A DNA stretch of 64,000 bases from Gammaproteobacteria bacterium (GTDB taxonomy: Bacteria > Pseudomonadota > Gammaproteobacteria > SZUA-140), in assembly GCA_015488555.1 (NCBI GenBank), contig WFNO01000122.1:12300-76299 (forward strand). Reading direction: 5' to 3'. Positions 1-9,349 of the stretch are shown here, piece by piece. Made by a program: the position numbers and the translations under genes. Each line of letters opens with the position of its first letter. The stretch's first letter is position 1. The notes below the pieces were generated by a model. It saw only the letters and a list, made by a program, of their open reading frames with translations, made no database searches and had not been told where the DNA came from.

Positions 1-92
1 GCGCGCCGACGAAGGCTATGCCGCCTATGTGCCCCTCGATCAGTAGATGTCCGCCACCATCACAGCATCGCTCCACTAGCACTAGCAGCAGA

Positions 93-232
93 CTGTTGAA
101 ATTCTACCCACGCGGCGCGATCCGGTGTTGAAAATGGCCTCGAAATGCACATTCACTGTTTGTAAGCTGCGATGATTTCTCGACCATTTTCGCCTTGTCT
201 CGCACTCGCCTGAGCGAATTTCAATAGCCTGC
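93..232. repeat. MITE-like palindromic intergenic repeat, copy 1 of 3 (~140 bp, terminal inverted repeat TGTTGAAATTC)
   Basis: About 85-90% identical to 15400..15539 and 57048..57184. It starts ctgttgaaattc and ends gaatttcaa(t/c)a(g/a)cctg. Internal segments gaaaatgg and ccattttc are complementary, so it can form a long hairpin. Confidence 0.8.
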
Positions 233-335
233 CACAGGGCAGCTCGCCCCTGCTCAGCTCATACTCGACCGTCATGTATTCCACTGGACAGCCATCCTGA
301 ACGCAGGGCGCTGTTCAGCGGCTGTCAGCACCTCT

Positions 336-2864
336 TCAATGGATCTTGCGCCCGATCCCCCAGGGGGAACTACGCAACCAAGCCATGAGGTCCTGCACAG
401 ACAAAGGCTCGCTGAAATAATAGCCCTGAGCGGCGTCGCAATGGAGCCCCACCAGGAGCCGGTGGGTATTCTCGTCCTCCACCCCCTCTGCCACAACCTT
501 GAGCCCGATGTTGTGGGCCAGATCAATGGTGGAACGAACGATGACCGCATCGTTGTTGTCCACCGACATGCCGATAACGAAGGATTTATCGATCTTGATC
601 TCATCCACCGGCAACTGTTTCAGATAGGTCAAAGAGGAATAACCAGTGCCGAAATCGTCGATGGAGATGCGCACCCCCTGGGCGCTGAGCCGGTTGAGGA
701 TATCCAGGGCCCCTCCGGAGCCGGACATGATGGCTGTCTCCGTGATTTCGAGGCGCAGGCGCGCCGGATGGCCGGCCACCGCATCCATGATGCGGGCGAT
801 GTGCTCGGGAAAGTGTGCATCGTGAAGATTGTGCACGGAGAGATTGACGGCGATGCGCAGTTCGAGCCCCAGATCGAGCCATTCCTGGCTCTGCCGGGCA
901 GCTTCCTCCAAACCCCACAGGGTCAAGGGCCGGATGAGGCCGGTTTGCTCCGCCAAGGGAATGAAATCGTCCGGATACAGCATACCGTGCCGCGGATGAG
1001 GCCAGCGGGCCAAGGCCTCCACCCCCGTCACCCGCCCGCACTGCAGGTCCACCACCGGTTGATAATACAGCAATAAGTCTTTACGACTGATGGCCTCGTG
1101 GAGTTCGCGTTTGAGAGCCAGGTATTCCACGCTGTGTTGGTCCTGGGCGGTCTCGTACAGAGCGTAGCCATGACGCTTGCGCTTGGCGCTGTACATGGCC
1201 ACGTCGGCACAACGCAACAAAGTAGGGCCATCGCTACCGTGCAGAGGATAGAGAGCGATACCCACGCTGGCACCGAGGACAAAGGTCTGGCCCTCCAGCT
1301 CAATGGGTTGCTCCACTGCCTGGACGATCTTCTCTGCGATTCTTTCCGCCTGGGTCTGATCAGCAGTGGGCAGGAGGATGGCAAACTCATCACCGCCCAG
1401 CCGCGCCACGGTGTCGGAACCGCGTACCAGGGTGCGCATGCGCCGTGCCATCTCTTTGAGGATGAGATCCCCACAGTGGTGACCCAGAGTGTCGTTGATC
1501 TCCTTGAAGTGATCAAGATCCATCAACAACAGAGCCAAGGGCCTGTGGTTGCGCTGTGCCGCGCGGATGGCTTGATCCACGCGGTCTGCCAGCAAGGCCC
1601 GGTTGGGAAGACCGGTAAGCGCATCGTGCAGGGCCTGATACTCCAGGGCCTTGATCTGAGCCTTGAGTTCGGTGATGTCACGGATGATACCGATGAAACG
1701 GCGCGTCTGTCCCACCTGCATTTCGCTCAGGGCAATATCGATTGGAAATACCGTGCCGTCCTTACGCCGGCCTTCCGCCTCCCAACCAAATCGTGAAGGA
1801 CGCGATTCTTGCGCCTCCCGGTAACGACGCAGGTATTCATCGTACTCACTGCGATAGGGTTCAGGCATGAGCATTTTGACGTTGCGCCCTAGTAACTCCT
1901 CCTCGCGATAACCGAATAGGCGCGTCACAGCCAGGTTGATGGATTCGATGACGCCTTCTTCGTCAGTGGTGATGATGCCATCCGCCACGTTGTCCATCAC
2001 CGCTCGCACACGCACCTCGCTGCGAAACAGGCGTTGCTCCATGTCCTTGAACACTCGGCTTACCTGCCCCAGTTCGTCATTACGCTGTACCGGCAGGTCG
2101 GCACCGGCCTCTCCCTTGCCCAAACGGGTGAGTGCGTTTCGTAACTGGATGATGGGACGCACTACACTGAAGCGCAGCGCCAACCACAATACCAGTGCCA
2201 GGGTCAACACCAACACCACAGCAGCGGTCCACAGGTTGTATCGCATCGCCACGATCTGTTCCTGTACATCAGCCGTGGACAGACTCAGCTTGAGCACTCC
2301 GCGCCGGGGTGAAGGATCGTAACCGTGACAAGCCAGACAACGGACATCGCCCTCAATGGGCATGTAGAGCGTGATGGCCATGGCATCCTGTAGCAACCCA
2401 ACGTCGCCCTGCAAGGCTGTTTCGAAGGCCCGGTTGCGCGATTCCCGGCGGGGTGGCAGGATGGGTGCACGTTGAAAGAAATCACCGTTGCCATTCGCTG
2501 GGGGTAAGAGGTCATCCAAACGAGCGGCGGCTCCGGGGCGGGTGCGCAGATAGGCATTCACCGCCTGGACTGTCTCCAGATCCATAAAGGCCTCGGTACC
2601 GTCACGCCGCAGCACAGCGATGTCAAGCACCCCTTCCTCCCGCCGCATGCTGTCCAGCCACTTGCGCGCCAAAGTACCCTGGCCGCTGAGCATCAAGGTC
2701 CTCAAGCTGGCAAGCAGAGAACGGGCATGGACCTCGGCGTGGGCGACGCTTTCTTCTTGGAAAGAGCGGCTAAGCTGGCGTTCGATGAGCATGCCGGCCA
2801 CCAGCATCATCACGAACAGAACCACGGAGATCACGAAGGCGATGCGAGTTCCGAGGCTCTTCAT
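336..2864 (-). CDS. membrane sensor diguanylate cyclase/phosphodiesterase (HAMP-PAS-GGDEF-EAL)
   Basis: 853-aa ORF. N-terminal TM segments, a GGDEF motif (RLGGDEFAILL) and an EAL motif (EALARW). The ORF's first codon at 2897 is GTG; the ATG start at 2864 (MKSLGTRIAFVISVV) is preferred. Confidence 0.85.
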   Translation of the reverse strand: MKSLGTRIAFVISVVLFVMMLVAGMLIERQLSRSFQEESVAHAEVHARSLLASLRTLMLSGQGTLARKWLDSMRREEGVLDIAVLRRDGTEAFMDLETVQAVNAYLRTRPGAAARLDDLLPPANGNGDFFQRAPILPPRRESRNRAFETALQGDVGLLQDAMAITLYMPIEGDVRCLACHGYDPSPRRGVLKLSLSTADVQEQIVAMRYNLWTAAVVLVLTLALVLWLALRFSVVRPIIQLRNALTRLGKGEAGADLPVQRNDELGQVSRVFKDMEQRLFRSEVRVRAVMDNVADGIITTDEEGVIESINLAVTRLFGYREEELLGRNVKMLMPEPYRSEYDEYLRRYREAQESRPSRFGWEAEGRRKDGTVFPIDIALSEMQVGQTRRFIGIIRDITELKAQIKALEYQALHDALTGLPNRALLADRVDQAIRAAQRNHRPLALLLMDLDHFKEINDTLGHHCGDLILKEMARRMRTLVRGSDTVARLGGDEFAILLPTADQTQAERIAEKIVQAVEQPIELEGQTFVLGASVGIALYPLHGSDGPTLLRCADVAMYSAKRKRHGYALYETAQDQHSVEYLALKRELHEAISRKDLLLYYQPVVDLQCGRVTGVEALARWPHPRHGMLYPDDFIPLAEQTGLIRPLTLWGLEEAARQSQEWLDLGLELRIAVNLSVHNLHDAHFPEHIARIMDAVAGHPARLRLEITETAIMSGSGGALDILNRLSAQGVRISIDDFGTGYSSLTYLKQLPVDEIKIDKSFVIGMSVDNNDAVIVRSTIDLAHNIGLKVVAEGVEDENTHRLLVGLHCDAAQGYYFSEPLSVQDLMAWLRSSPWGIGRKIH

Positions 2865-3133
2865 GATGACAGCCCCGCGGACATGGCAGGCATGCACTCC
2901 TCTTTAATTTAGGTTGTTGTTCTTGTTGTCGCATGCAGTATAACAATACGCGAAAAGGGTACCAATACGAATCCGCGAACACACACATCTGAGATCAGGG
3001 ATCACGAGTCAATAGAGGATTATACATTTGGAGTCGATGAAAAGTGTCGCCCTCTAAAGCACAGCAGGTCACTCGGAACGGCAAGCGCTTGGGCTGCACA
3101 ACACCAATGCCCAGCGCTGCAGCTGGAACCGAC

Positions 3134-4516
3134 TCAGGAGGAAGGTGTCATAGCCACCAGATCGGCACCCGGCAGCCAACCACTTTGCCGACTGACCTCG
3201 CGAACGGCGGCACCCGAAATGCGTGCCACACCACCGAAGCTCCCCACCCAAAGCGTCCCGTCGGGAGCCTTGGCCAGAGAAAACACGTTGTCGGCGAATA
3301 ACCCGTCGGCGGCGGTCAGCACGGTGAAGCGCCGGCCGTCTTCCTCCACCCGGGCCAGGCCCTTACTGGTACCCGCCCATAGCATACCGTCGCGGTCGAT
3401 GTGGAGCATGAAGATGTGGTTGGAAGGCAGGCCGTCGGCAGTGGTGAAGTTGCGCCAGTTGCGGCCATCGAAACGAGCCAACCCCGCTCCCCAGGTCCCG
3501 CACCATACCACTCCCCGGTGATCCACCGCCAGGGAAATGATGTAATTGGGGTTGTAGGCCACATCGATGTCCTGCATACCCTGCTCCGCCTTCAGGCGTG
3601 CATGATGTTGAGAGGCTCGAGCCGGATCGTTGGTAGATTGGATGTCGTCCTTCACCAATTCATAGGGCGCACCGAGGCCATCGCTGTGCTGCCAGTTCTG
3701 CCACTGGCCATCCTGGTAACGGGCCAGACCTTCTTCGGTGGCAAACCACACGGCCCCGTCCGGTCCCACCTCTACACCATAGACCCAGGGATTGGGCAGA
3801 CCGCCACCAGTGCTCTCCATCGTGAAGGTCTCCCAGTGCTCGGGATCGTCGAGCCGAGCGCCTCGGACCCGGTTGACCCCCGACCAGGTAGCGATCCACA
3901 AATCCCCTTCCGGCGTCAGAGCCGTGTCGTAGACGAACTGGTCGGCCAGCCCCTGGGGAATGTTGTAGTTACGCCAGCGATCCGTGTCGGGATCGTAAAC
4001 CGAAAGTCCACCTCCATAGGTCCCCACCAGGATCCGCCCGCCCACCTTACCGAGGTGAAAGATGCCATTGGAGAGGATGCCATCAAGGCGGTTGTCAAAG
4101 ACCTTGTGGGTGTCGTTGCGCGTGTCGTAGCGAATGACACCACCAGAGGTGGCAATCCACGTGTAGTCGCCATCCAGCAGAATGGCCTTGACATTGCGAT
4201 TCCCTACTCGGAAATGGGTGAAGGGATGACTTTCCCGCGCGGCAGGCAGACCGCGATCGATGGTAGCCGGCGTTCCAGGCAAGCGGGTAGCGGAGACGGG
4301 GGGACCGTCCAGGGGTGGATGATCGGGCGGCATTTGAGCTTGTAACTGTGTTGGGGCTCCAGCAACGGATGGGGTCGACACGGCCTCACCGCCACCTTGG
4401 GAAGCCTGCGCCGGCAAGGCCTCACGTGCCTGGCGCACACCCAATTGGTAACTGCCCACCACCAGGCCCGTGATCACCAGAATCAACAAGGCCCATCCCG
4501 TATGGCCGAGCTTCAT
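3134..4516 (-). CDS. secreted two-component-regulator-propeller (Reg_prop) beta-propeller protein, no kinase domain
   Basis: Repeated motifs LWIATxxGVxRxD and VWFATEEGLARYQDGQW, typical of Reg_prop/Y_Y_Y sensor propellers. Internal ATG at 4516 follows a GGAGG RBS and precedes a signal/TM segment (MKLGHTGWALLILVITGLVVG). Confidence 0.7.
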   Translation of the reverse strand: MKLGHTGWALLILVITGLVVGSYQLGVRQAREALPAQASQGGGEAVSTPSVAGAPTQLQAQMPPDHPPLDGPPVSATRLPGTPATIDRGLPAARESHPFTHFRVGNRNVKAILLDGDYTWIATSGGVIRYDTRNDTHKVFDNRLDGILSNGIFHLGKVGGRILVGTYGGGLSVYDPDTDRWRNYNIPQGLADQFVYDTALTPEGDLWIATWSGVNRVRGARLDDPEHWETFTMESTGGGLPNPWVYGVEVGPDGAVWFATEEGLARYQDGQWQNWQHSDGLGAPYELVKDDIQSTNDPARASQHHARLKAEQGMQDIDVAYNPNYIISLAVDHRGVVWCGTWGAGLARFDGRNWRNFTTADGLPSNHIFMLHIDRDGMLWAGTSKGLARVEEDGRRFTVLTAADGLFADNVFSLAKAPDGTLWVGSFGGVARISGAAVREVSRQSGWLPGADLVAMTPSS

Positions 4517-4535
4517 CACCGATCCTCCCTCATGA

Positions 4536-5789
4536 TTATTGCGGCATGGGATTTGCCTGATTCGATCCCCCCTCCGCTGCCCGCTCAGCAGATGGGGAGG
4601 GTGCTTGGCCCAGGCGCGCCACTTCCCCACGCGTACCGATCCACACCTCGCCTGCGGGCGCCACAGCGATGGCATAGATATTCTCATCCAATAGGCCGTC
4701 GCGCTGTCCGTAGGTATGCCAGCTGCGACCATCGTAGCGCGACAACCCAGCATTGGTACCAAACCACAGCACCCCAGCCTCGTCTTGGGCGATGCTGTAG
4801 ACGATGTTGCCTGCCAACCCGTCTGCCCGTGTCAGGTTGCGCCAGCGGCGCCCGTCGAAATGGCTGACGCCGCCTCCCCAGGTGCCTGCCCACACGGTAT
4901 CATCCTGCGCCACCAGGATGCAAAACACATAATTGGGGTTGTAGGTAGGACGCCCCTGCGCGAGCACACTGAGATCGTGACGGGTACGGGTTCCCAAACC
5001 GGTATTGGAACTCAGCGGCAATCCTTCCTCGTTGGGAGCACCCAAACCGTCTTCATGGGTCCAGGCATGCCAACGCTGGCCATCGAACATGGACACACCT
5101 CCTTCGGTGGCGAACCACACCCGCCCATGGCGATCGACGTCCACGCCGTACACCCACTCGTTTACCAATTCGTCATAGTAGGTCTCGAAATGGGCCTGCT
5201 CCACATCCAAGCGGTTGGCCCCCGCCCACGTCCCGATCCACAGGATGCCCGGCTCGGCTTCAGCCAGGGCATAAACCCAATAATCGGCCAAGCCGTGCAT
5301 GGGAAAGAAGGTCCGCCACTGACCATCCTTGTAGCGAGACACCCCGCCACCATTGGTGCCGAACCACTTGTATCCCCGACTGTCCACCAGGATAGCGAAA
5401 ACGTACTCGTTGGCCAGCCCCTCCTTGCGAGTGAGCGTCCCTCGCAGTTCCCGAGTGGCCAGATCCACCTCGTGTACTCCCAGCGAGGTGCCCACCCACA
5501 GTGCTCCGCCTACGGGATCAACGGCCAGAGAACGCACATAGACTTGGTCGCCCACGCGGAAGGTCTCTAGGATGCGAGGGGGAGGTGGTACCGTCGGTGT
5601 CTGCACTGCCTCGTCGTCTTGGGTGGAGGTAGGCGCGGGGGTGGTTTGCCCGACATCGCTGCAGCCTACCAGCAATCCAGCGAGTATCGTCCAGACTAAT
5701 ATCGCCCAAGCCAGTATCAACCACCCGCGCAGCCAACAGGCTACCCGGCCGTGGCCACGGGTCCTGCACCCACGGGTCCTGCGCCTCAT
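4536..5789 (-). CDS. Reg_prop beta-propeller protein (paralog of the neighbour), probable lipoprotein
   Basis: Seven repeats of the xWxGTxxGxxRxDGxxW type. N-terminus MRRRTRG...LLVGCS looks like a lipobox. The ORF's 5807 start is TTG; ATG at 5789 chosen. Confidence 0.65.
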   Translation of the reverse strand: MRRRTRGCRTRGHGRVACWLRGWLILAWAILVWTILAGLLVGCSDVGQTTPAPTSTQDDEAVQTPTVPPPPRILETFRVGDQVYVRSLAVDPVGGALWVGTSLGVHEVDLATRELRGTLTRKEGLANEYVFAILVDSRGYKWFGTNGGGVSRYKDGQWRTFFPMHGLADYWVYALAEAEPGILWIGTWAGANRLDVEQAHFETYYDELVNEWVYGVDVDRHGRVWFATEGGVSMFDGQRWHAWTHEDGLGAPNEEGLPLSSNTGLGTRTRHDLSVLAQGRPTYNPNYVFCILVAQDDTVWAGTWGGGVSHFDGRRWRNLTRADGLAGNIVYSIAQDEAGVLWFGTNAGLSRYDGRSWHTYGQRDGLLDENIYAIAVAPAGEVWIGTRGEVARLGQAPSPSAERAAEGGSNQANPMPQ

Positions 5790-5822
5790 GCCCGCCCCTA
5801 CCACCAAAAGCTACTCAAGTAC

Positions 5823-6122
5823 TCAGCGCCGTAAAGTACGCAGATAGGCGATCACATCCAGCAGTTCTCGGTTCTGGAGTTGGGCACGGAAAGCAGGCAT
5901 CATACCTTTGCCATTACGCAACACTTCCACCAGCCGACTGTCGGGCTGCATCAGGCTCTCGCCACGTGAGAAGTCCGGTACCCCCGGCAACTGACCTTGG
6001 CCATGCGCACCATGACAATTCTGGCAGTGCTTGGCGTAGATGCGCTTGCCGTTGTCGATGTCCGCGGCCCAACTCCCGCCATTCCAGAACAGGATCAAAG
6101 CAATGATAGCGGCGAACCACAT
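5823..6122 (-). CDS. class I monohaem cytochrome c
   Basis: One CQNCH haem motif, distal Met, signal peptide MWFAAIIALILFWNGGSWA. Internal ATG at 6122. Confidence 0.75.
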   Translation of the reverse strand: MWFAAIIALILFWNGGSWAADIDNGKRIYAKHCQNCHGAHGQGQLPGVPDFSRGESLMQPDSRLVEVLRNGKGMMPAFRAQLQNRELLDVIAYLRTLRR

Positions 6123-6262
6123 TCTGATCTTCCCATTGCTGTTCTTGAGATCGGTGTTCACGTCTTTCCCCCCTCGGTATGCATTATGCGCCGCCTTGCA
6201 AACAAACGTCTGGCGTTCCATAGCCGGGACACCGCGCGTTCAGGCCACTATACAAAATGCCC

Positions 6263-6838
6263 CTACAAACGCGACAAGGCCTGCAGGTCTCCGGCCCAAG
6301 CTGCCTCCAGGGCCGCCACCACTTCCGGGCGGTCCCACTCCCGCTCTCCCAGTATACGACGTAACAGCTTGCCATGGGGATCGATGATGAACGTAATGGG
6401 ATAGGCTCGTACCTGCAAAATCTCGCGACTGATGCGCTGATCCTGGTCGATGTACTCGAAACGGGCATGGCGTACCGCGCGTTCGGCGAGGAATTCACGG
6501 GCGATGTCGATCTCGCTATCCACGGACAAGCCCAACACTGCGAATCGCTCGGGATCCAAACGAGCTGCCAGACGATCCAGACTAGGCAGCTCCGCCCGGC
6601 AGGGCGCACACCAAGTAGCCCAAAGATTGAGGATCACCAGCTTGCCGCGCCATTCACGTAGCGCCGTATGGCCGCCGTCGAAGCGCGGCAAGGCCAGCGC
6701 CGGAAAGGCACCGCCCTCCAATAGGCGATCGGGGGCAGCACGTTGTTCACAGGCAACCAGCACCAGCAGGGCCACCACCCCAACCAGCCACTTTCCCTCC
6801 CCATGCCCGATGCACTTTCGAAGATCTCCGGCACTCAT
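6263..6838 (-). CDS. TlpA/ResA-like periplasmic thioredoxin (thiol:disulfide oxidoreductase)
   Basis: WATWCAPCRAELPSL thioredoxin CxxC motif. N-terminal hydrophobic/lipobox-like LVLVAC. Start uncertain; 6838 ATG chosen. Confidence 0.7.
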   Translation of the reverse strand: MSAGDLRKCIGHGEGKWLVGVVALLVLVACEQRAAPDRLLEGGAFPALALPRFDGGHTALREWRGKLVILNLWATWCAPCRAELPSLDRLAARLDPERFAVLGLSVDSEIDIAREFLAERAVRHARFEYIDQDQRISREILQVRAYPITFIIDPHGKLLRRILGEREWDRPEVVAALEAAWAGDLQALSRL

Positions 6839-6925
6839 TTCGGCATTCTCGAAAAGATCCGGTATCCGACAATGTGCCGCGCAACACTCTAACCTATCAA
6901 CACGCCTATCCAATACGGAGGACGC

Positions 6926-8215
6926 TCAGGGAATCACCTCGTCTATGACCACGCGCGCAGTCTGCGCCGCACTCACCACACCACTGCTGCCCTGGAGATC
7001 GCCGCTGCGGGGAATGGCATCGCCACTGCGAGAGATGCGGGCCACCACTTCCACTTGCGAGAACTGTGACAGGCTCATAGCAGGATCGATGGCATCTCCA
7101 TCGTCCAGGGTGAAATCGAGGGGCAGGTCCTTGACCTGAGCGCGAATCACCGCCAAGGGCATGGACGACCCGCCGAGGGCACGGGCGAAGACATAGACCG
7201 TGTCCTGCGGCGCGACTCGCTCCGCCAGCGCGGGATCCAGGGTCACCACTCCACTCACTTGCTGCAAGCCCATAGTAGTAGAGATCGGCGCACCATCCAT
7301 TCCTGCGCCCGGTGCCTGAGTAATCGCGCCGGTCGCGTTCGCAGCATCCTCACCTTCGCGGGCCGCCAACAAGGCCTTGGCCTCGGCGATATTGCGCTCC
7401 ATGCTGCGCGCCGCTTGGGAATTCGGGGGCACCAAGGCATAGAGTCGCTGCCAATATTCCAGGGCTTCCGGAAAATCAGCCCGCTCGTAGGCAGCGGTAC
7501 CTGCCAGCCACAGGGCCTTTTGGTTGTTGGGATCTAATTCCAATGCCCTGCGAATCAATTCCATGGGCCGCCCCTCCAAGGTCTCGCCGCTGGCCATGGC
7601 CAGCGCGTCGGCATAATCGGCCAACAACTGAGCGTCACTGCCATCCAGGCTCACGGCCTTCTCCATGGCGCGCAGCGCCTCGTCGAAACGCTGGAGGGCG
7701 ATATACGAGCGCCCCAACATCTTCCAACCCTCGGCATCGTTGGGATTCTCTTCCAGACGCCGGGCCAGTTGCGCCACCATGCCCTCGATCTGGGCAGCGA
7801 TGTCCTGCTGCGACATCTGACCGATCTGCTCGCGCACCGCTTGTTCTATATCCAGGGCACGCGGATTACCGATATAGAAATACAAACCACCGGCAAAGAG
7901 CGGCAGGAACAAGCCCAACAGCCAGGCAGTCTTGCGAGCGCCAGCGGTGGTCGGTGCTACTGTCATCCGTTCTTGTTCCGACACGTCCTCCAAGAGCCGG
8001 CTCTCCAGCTCCAAGCGTCCAGCCTCGTATTGATCGCGAGAGATGACATCGTTCTCCAGGTCGCGCTCCAACTCCACCATCTGGTCCCGATAGACCTGGA
8101 TGTTGAGTGCCTGCCGTTGGGGAGTATCATCGCTGCGACGCTGCAGTAGGGGGGGAATCACGAACACTAGGGCCGCCACCACCAGCAACACAACCACCAC
8201 CACGAAAAACGTCAT
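6926..8215 (-). CDS. ccmI: cytochrome c-type biogenesis protein CcmI (CycH), TPR
   Basis: Classic CcmI N-terminus (TM helix then QRRSDD...QALNIQVYRDQMVELERDLENDVISRDQYEAGRLELE), then TPR repeats. Its ATG overlaps the ccmH stop (ATGA). Confidence 0.85.
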   Translation of the reverse strand: MTFFVVVVVLLVVAALVFVIPPLLQRRSDDTPQRQALNIQVYRDQMVELERDLENDVISRDQYEAGRLELESRLLEDVSEQERMTVAPTTAGARKTAWLLGLFLPLFAGGLYFYIGNPRALDIEQAVREQIGQMSQQDIAAQIEGMVAQLARRLEENPNDAEGWKMLGRSYIALQRFDEALRAMEKAVSLDGSDAQLLADYADALAMASGETLEGRPMELIRRALELDPNNQKALWLAGTAAYERADFPEALEYWQRLYALVPPNSQAARSMERNIAEAKALLAAREGEDAANATGAITQAPGAGMDGAPISTTMGLQQVSGVVTLDPALAERVAPQDTVYVFARALGGSSMPLAVIRAQVKDLPLDFTLDDGDAIDPAMSLSQFSQVEVVARISRSGDAIPRSGDLQGSSGVVSAAQTARVVIDEVIP

Positions 8216-8763
8216 ACTTTGTCTCCCTCGTCTGTGTGCCGAGTGTGCCCGCGACCAGGCTCACCACTACTGGAGTTGCCATCTATGCTCCCATCTTTGC
8301 CGGCAAGCAAGGCCTCCGCCCGGCGAACCTCCTCGGGAGAAAGGGCCTCCGCAGCGGCCACTTGGCGCCGGCGCTGCAGCGTGCGCACGAGAATAGCAGC
8401 GGCGATCAGCAACAATAGGAAGGGACCCACCCACAACAGGGCAGTGGTACCCTTTACCGGAGGGCGAAAGAGAATGAAGTCCCCGTAGCGCTGGACGAGG
8501 AAGTCCATGATTTCCTGATCGCTGCGTCCTTGCTCCATCAAGGTACGCATCACCTTGCGCACGTCTTTGGCAAAATCAGAATCAGATTCAGCAATGGCTT
8601 GTCCCTGGCACACCAGACACCGCAGCTCTTTGGAGAGAGCGGCCATACGAGCTTCGATGACGGGATCAGCCACCAACGGTTCGGCCTCTCCTGCCAGGGC
8701 ACCCGCGGGCAACCACGGCAGCGCCCACAAGGATATCAACAGGGGTAGAAACACAGCCCGCAC
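8212..8763 (-). CDS. ccmH: cytochrome c-type biogenesis protein CcmH
   Basis: LRCLVCQ (LRCxxC) CcmH motif plus a C-terminal TM. The long ORF has an implausible N-terminus. A GTG at 8763 is preceded by GAGGAA and starts a signal peptide (VRAVFLPLLISLWALPW). Confidence 0.75.
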   Translation of the reverse strand: MRAVFLPLLISLWALPWLPAGALAGEAEPLVADPVIEARMAALSKELRCLVCQGQAIAESDSDFAKDVRKVMRTLMEQGRSDQEIMDFLVQRYGDFILFRPPVKGTTALLWVGPFLLLLIAAAILVRTLQRRRQVAAAEALSPEEVRRAEALLAGKDGSIDGNSSSGEPGRGHTRHTDEGDKV

Positions 8764-8812
8764 GTTCCTCTGAAAAAACGCTGCCTTCCCTAATAAACTC
8801 ACGCAAACAAAC

Positions 8813-9349
8813 TCACGAGGCCTGCAGCTCCCGCACCAGCGGGAGAATCCTGTTTTGCAGGGCATCGGGGGTGATAGGGCCAATCTGCTTGTAGCGGATG
8901 ATACCCTGCTTGTCGATGACATAGGTCTCCGGCACGCCGTACACGCCATAATCGAAGCCCACCTTACCATCCACGTCGTAGGCGCTGGCGACGTATGGGT
9001 CACCCAGCTCCTGCAACCAGCGGATGGCGTCCTCGCGGTGGTCTTTGTAGTTGAGGCCGTAGATGGGCACGATGCCCTGGCGCGACAGCTCTACCAGCAG
9101 GGGGTGCTCCTGGCGGCAGGCCACGCACCAGGAGGCCCAGACGTTCAACAGCCATACCTGTCCCCGCAAGTCGCGAGAAGAAAATTGTGCTGCAGCGTTG
9201 TGCAGGCGAGGCAGAGTGAACTCCGGCGCCGGTTTACCGATCAGCGGCGAAGGCACTTCCTGGGGATTGAGGAACAGGCCCCGCCCTAGAAACACCACCA
9301 GCACCCCGAAAACCACCAGGGGTACGAGATAGCGCAATGGCCGTTTCAT
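8813..9349 (-). CDS. ccmG: thiol:disulfide interchange protein CcmG/DsbE
   Basis: WASWCVACRQEHP thioredoxin motif and GVYGVPETYVIDKQGIIRYKQIGPIT DsbE signature. Confidence 0.9.
   Translation of the reverse strand: MKRPLRYLVPLVVFGVLVVFLGRGLFLNPQEVPSPLIGKPAPEFTLPRLHNAAAQFSSRDLRGQVWLLNVWASWCVACRQEHPLLVELSRQGIVPIYGLNYKDHREDAIRWLQELGDPYVASAYDVDGKVGFDYGVYGVPETYVIDKQGIIRYKQIGPITPDALQNRILPLVRELQAS

Noticed and set aside
339-1076. 245-aa plus-strand ORF antisense to the GGDEF-EAL gene. Similar long antisense ORFs occur at 3401..4345, 15619..16551, 16850..17968, 18019..19356, 19497..20876, 44730..45449, 45157..46428, 52150..53235, 54176..55669 and 55606..56325.
   Set aside because: High-GC DNA generates long spurious ORFs opposite real genes. 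The opposite-strand products have clear conserved domains, whereas these have low-complexity Arg/Gly/Pro-rich translations.
8764-9003. 80-codon N-terminal extension of the ccmH ORF.
   Set aside because: It overlaps ccmG and lacks a signal peptide. The GTG at 8763 with a GAGGAA RBS yields a normal CcmH.
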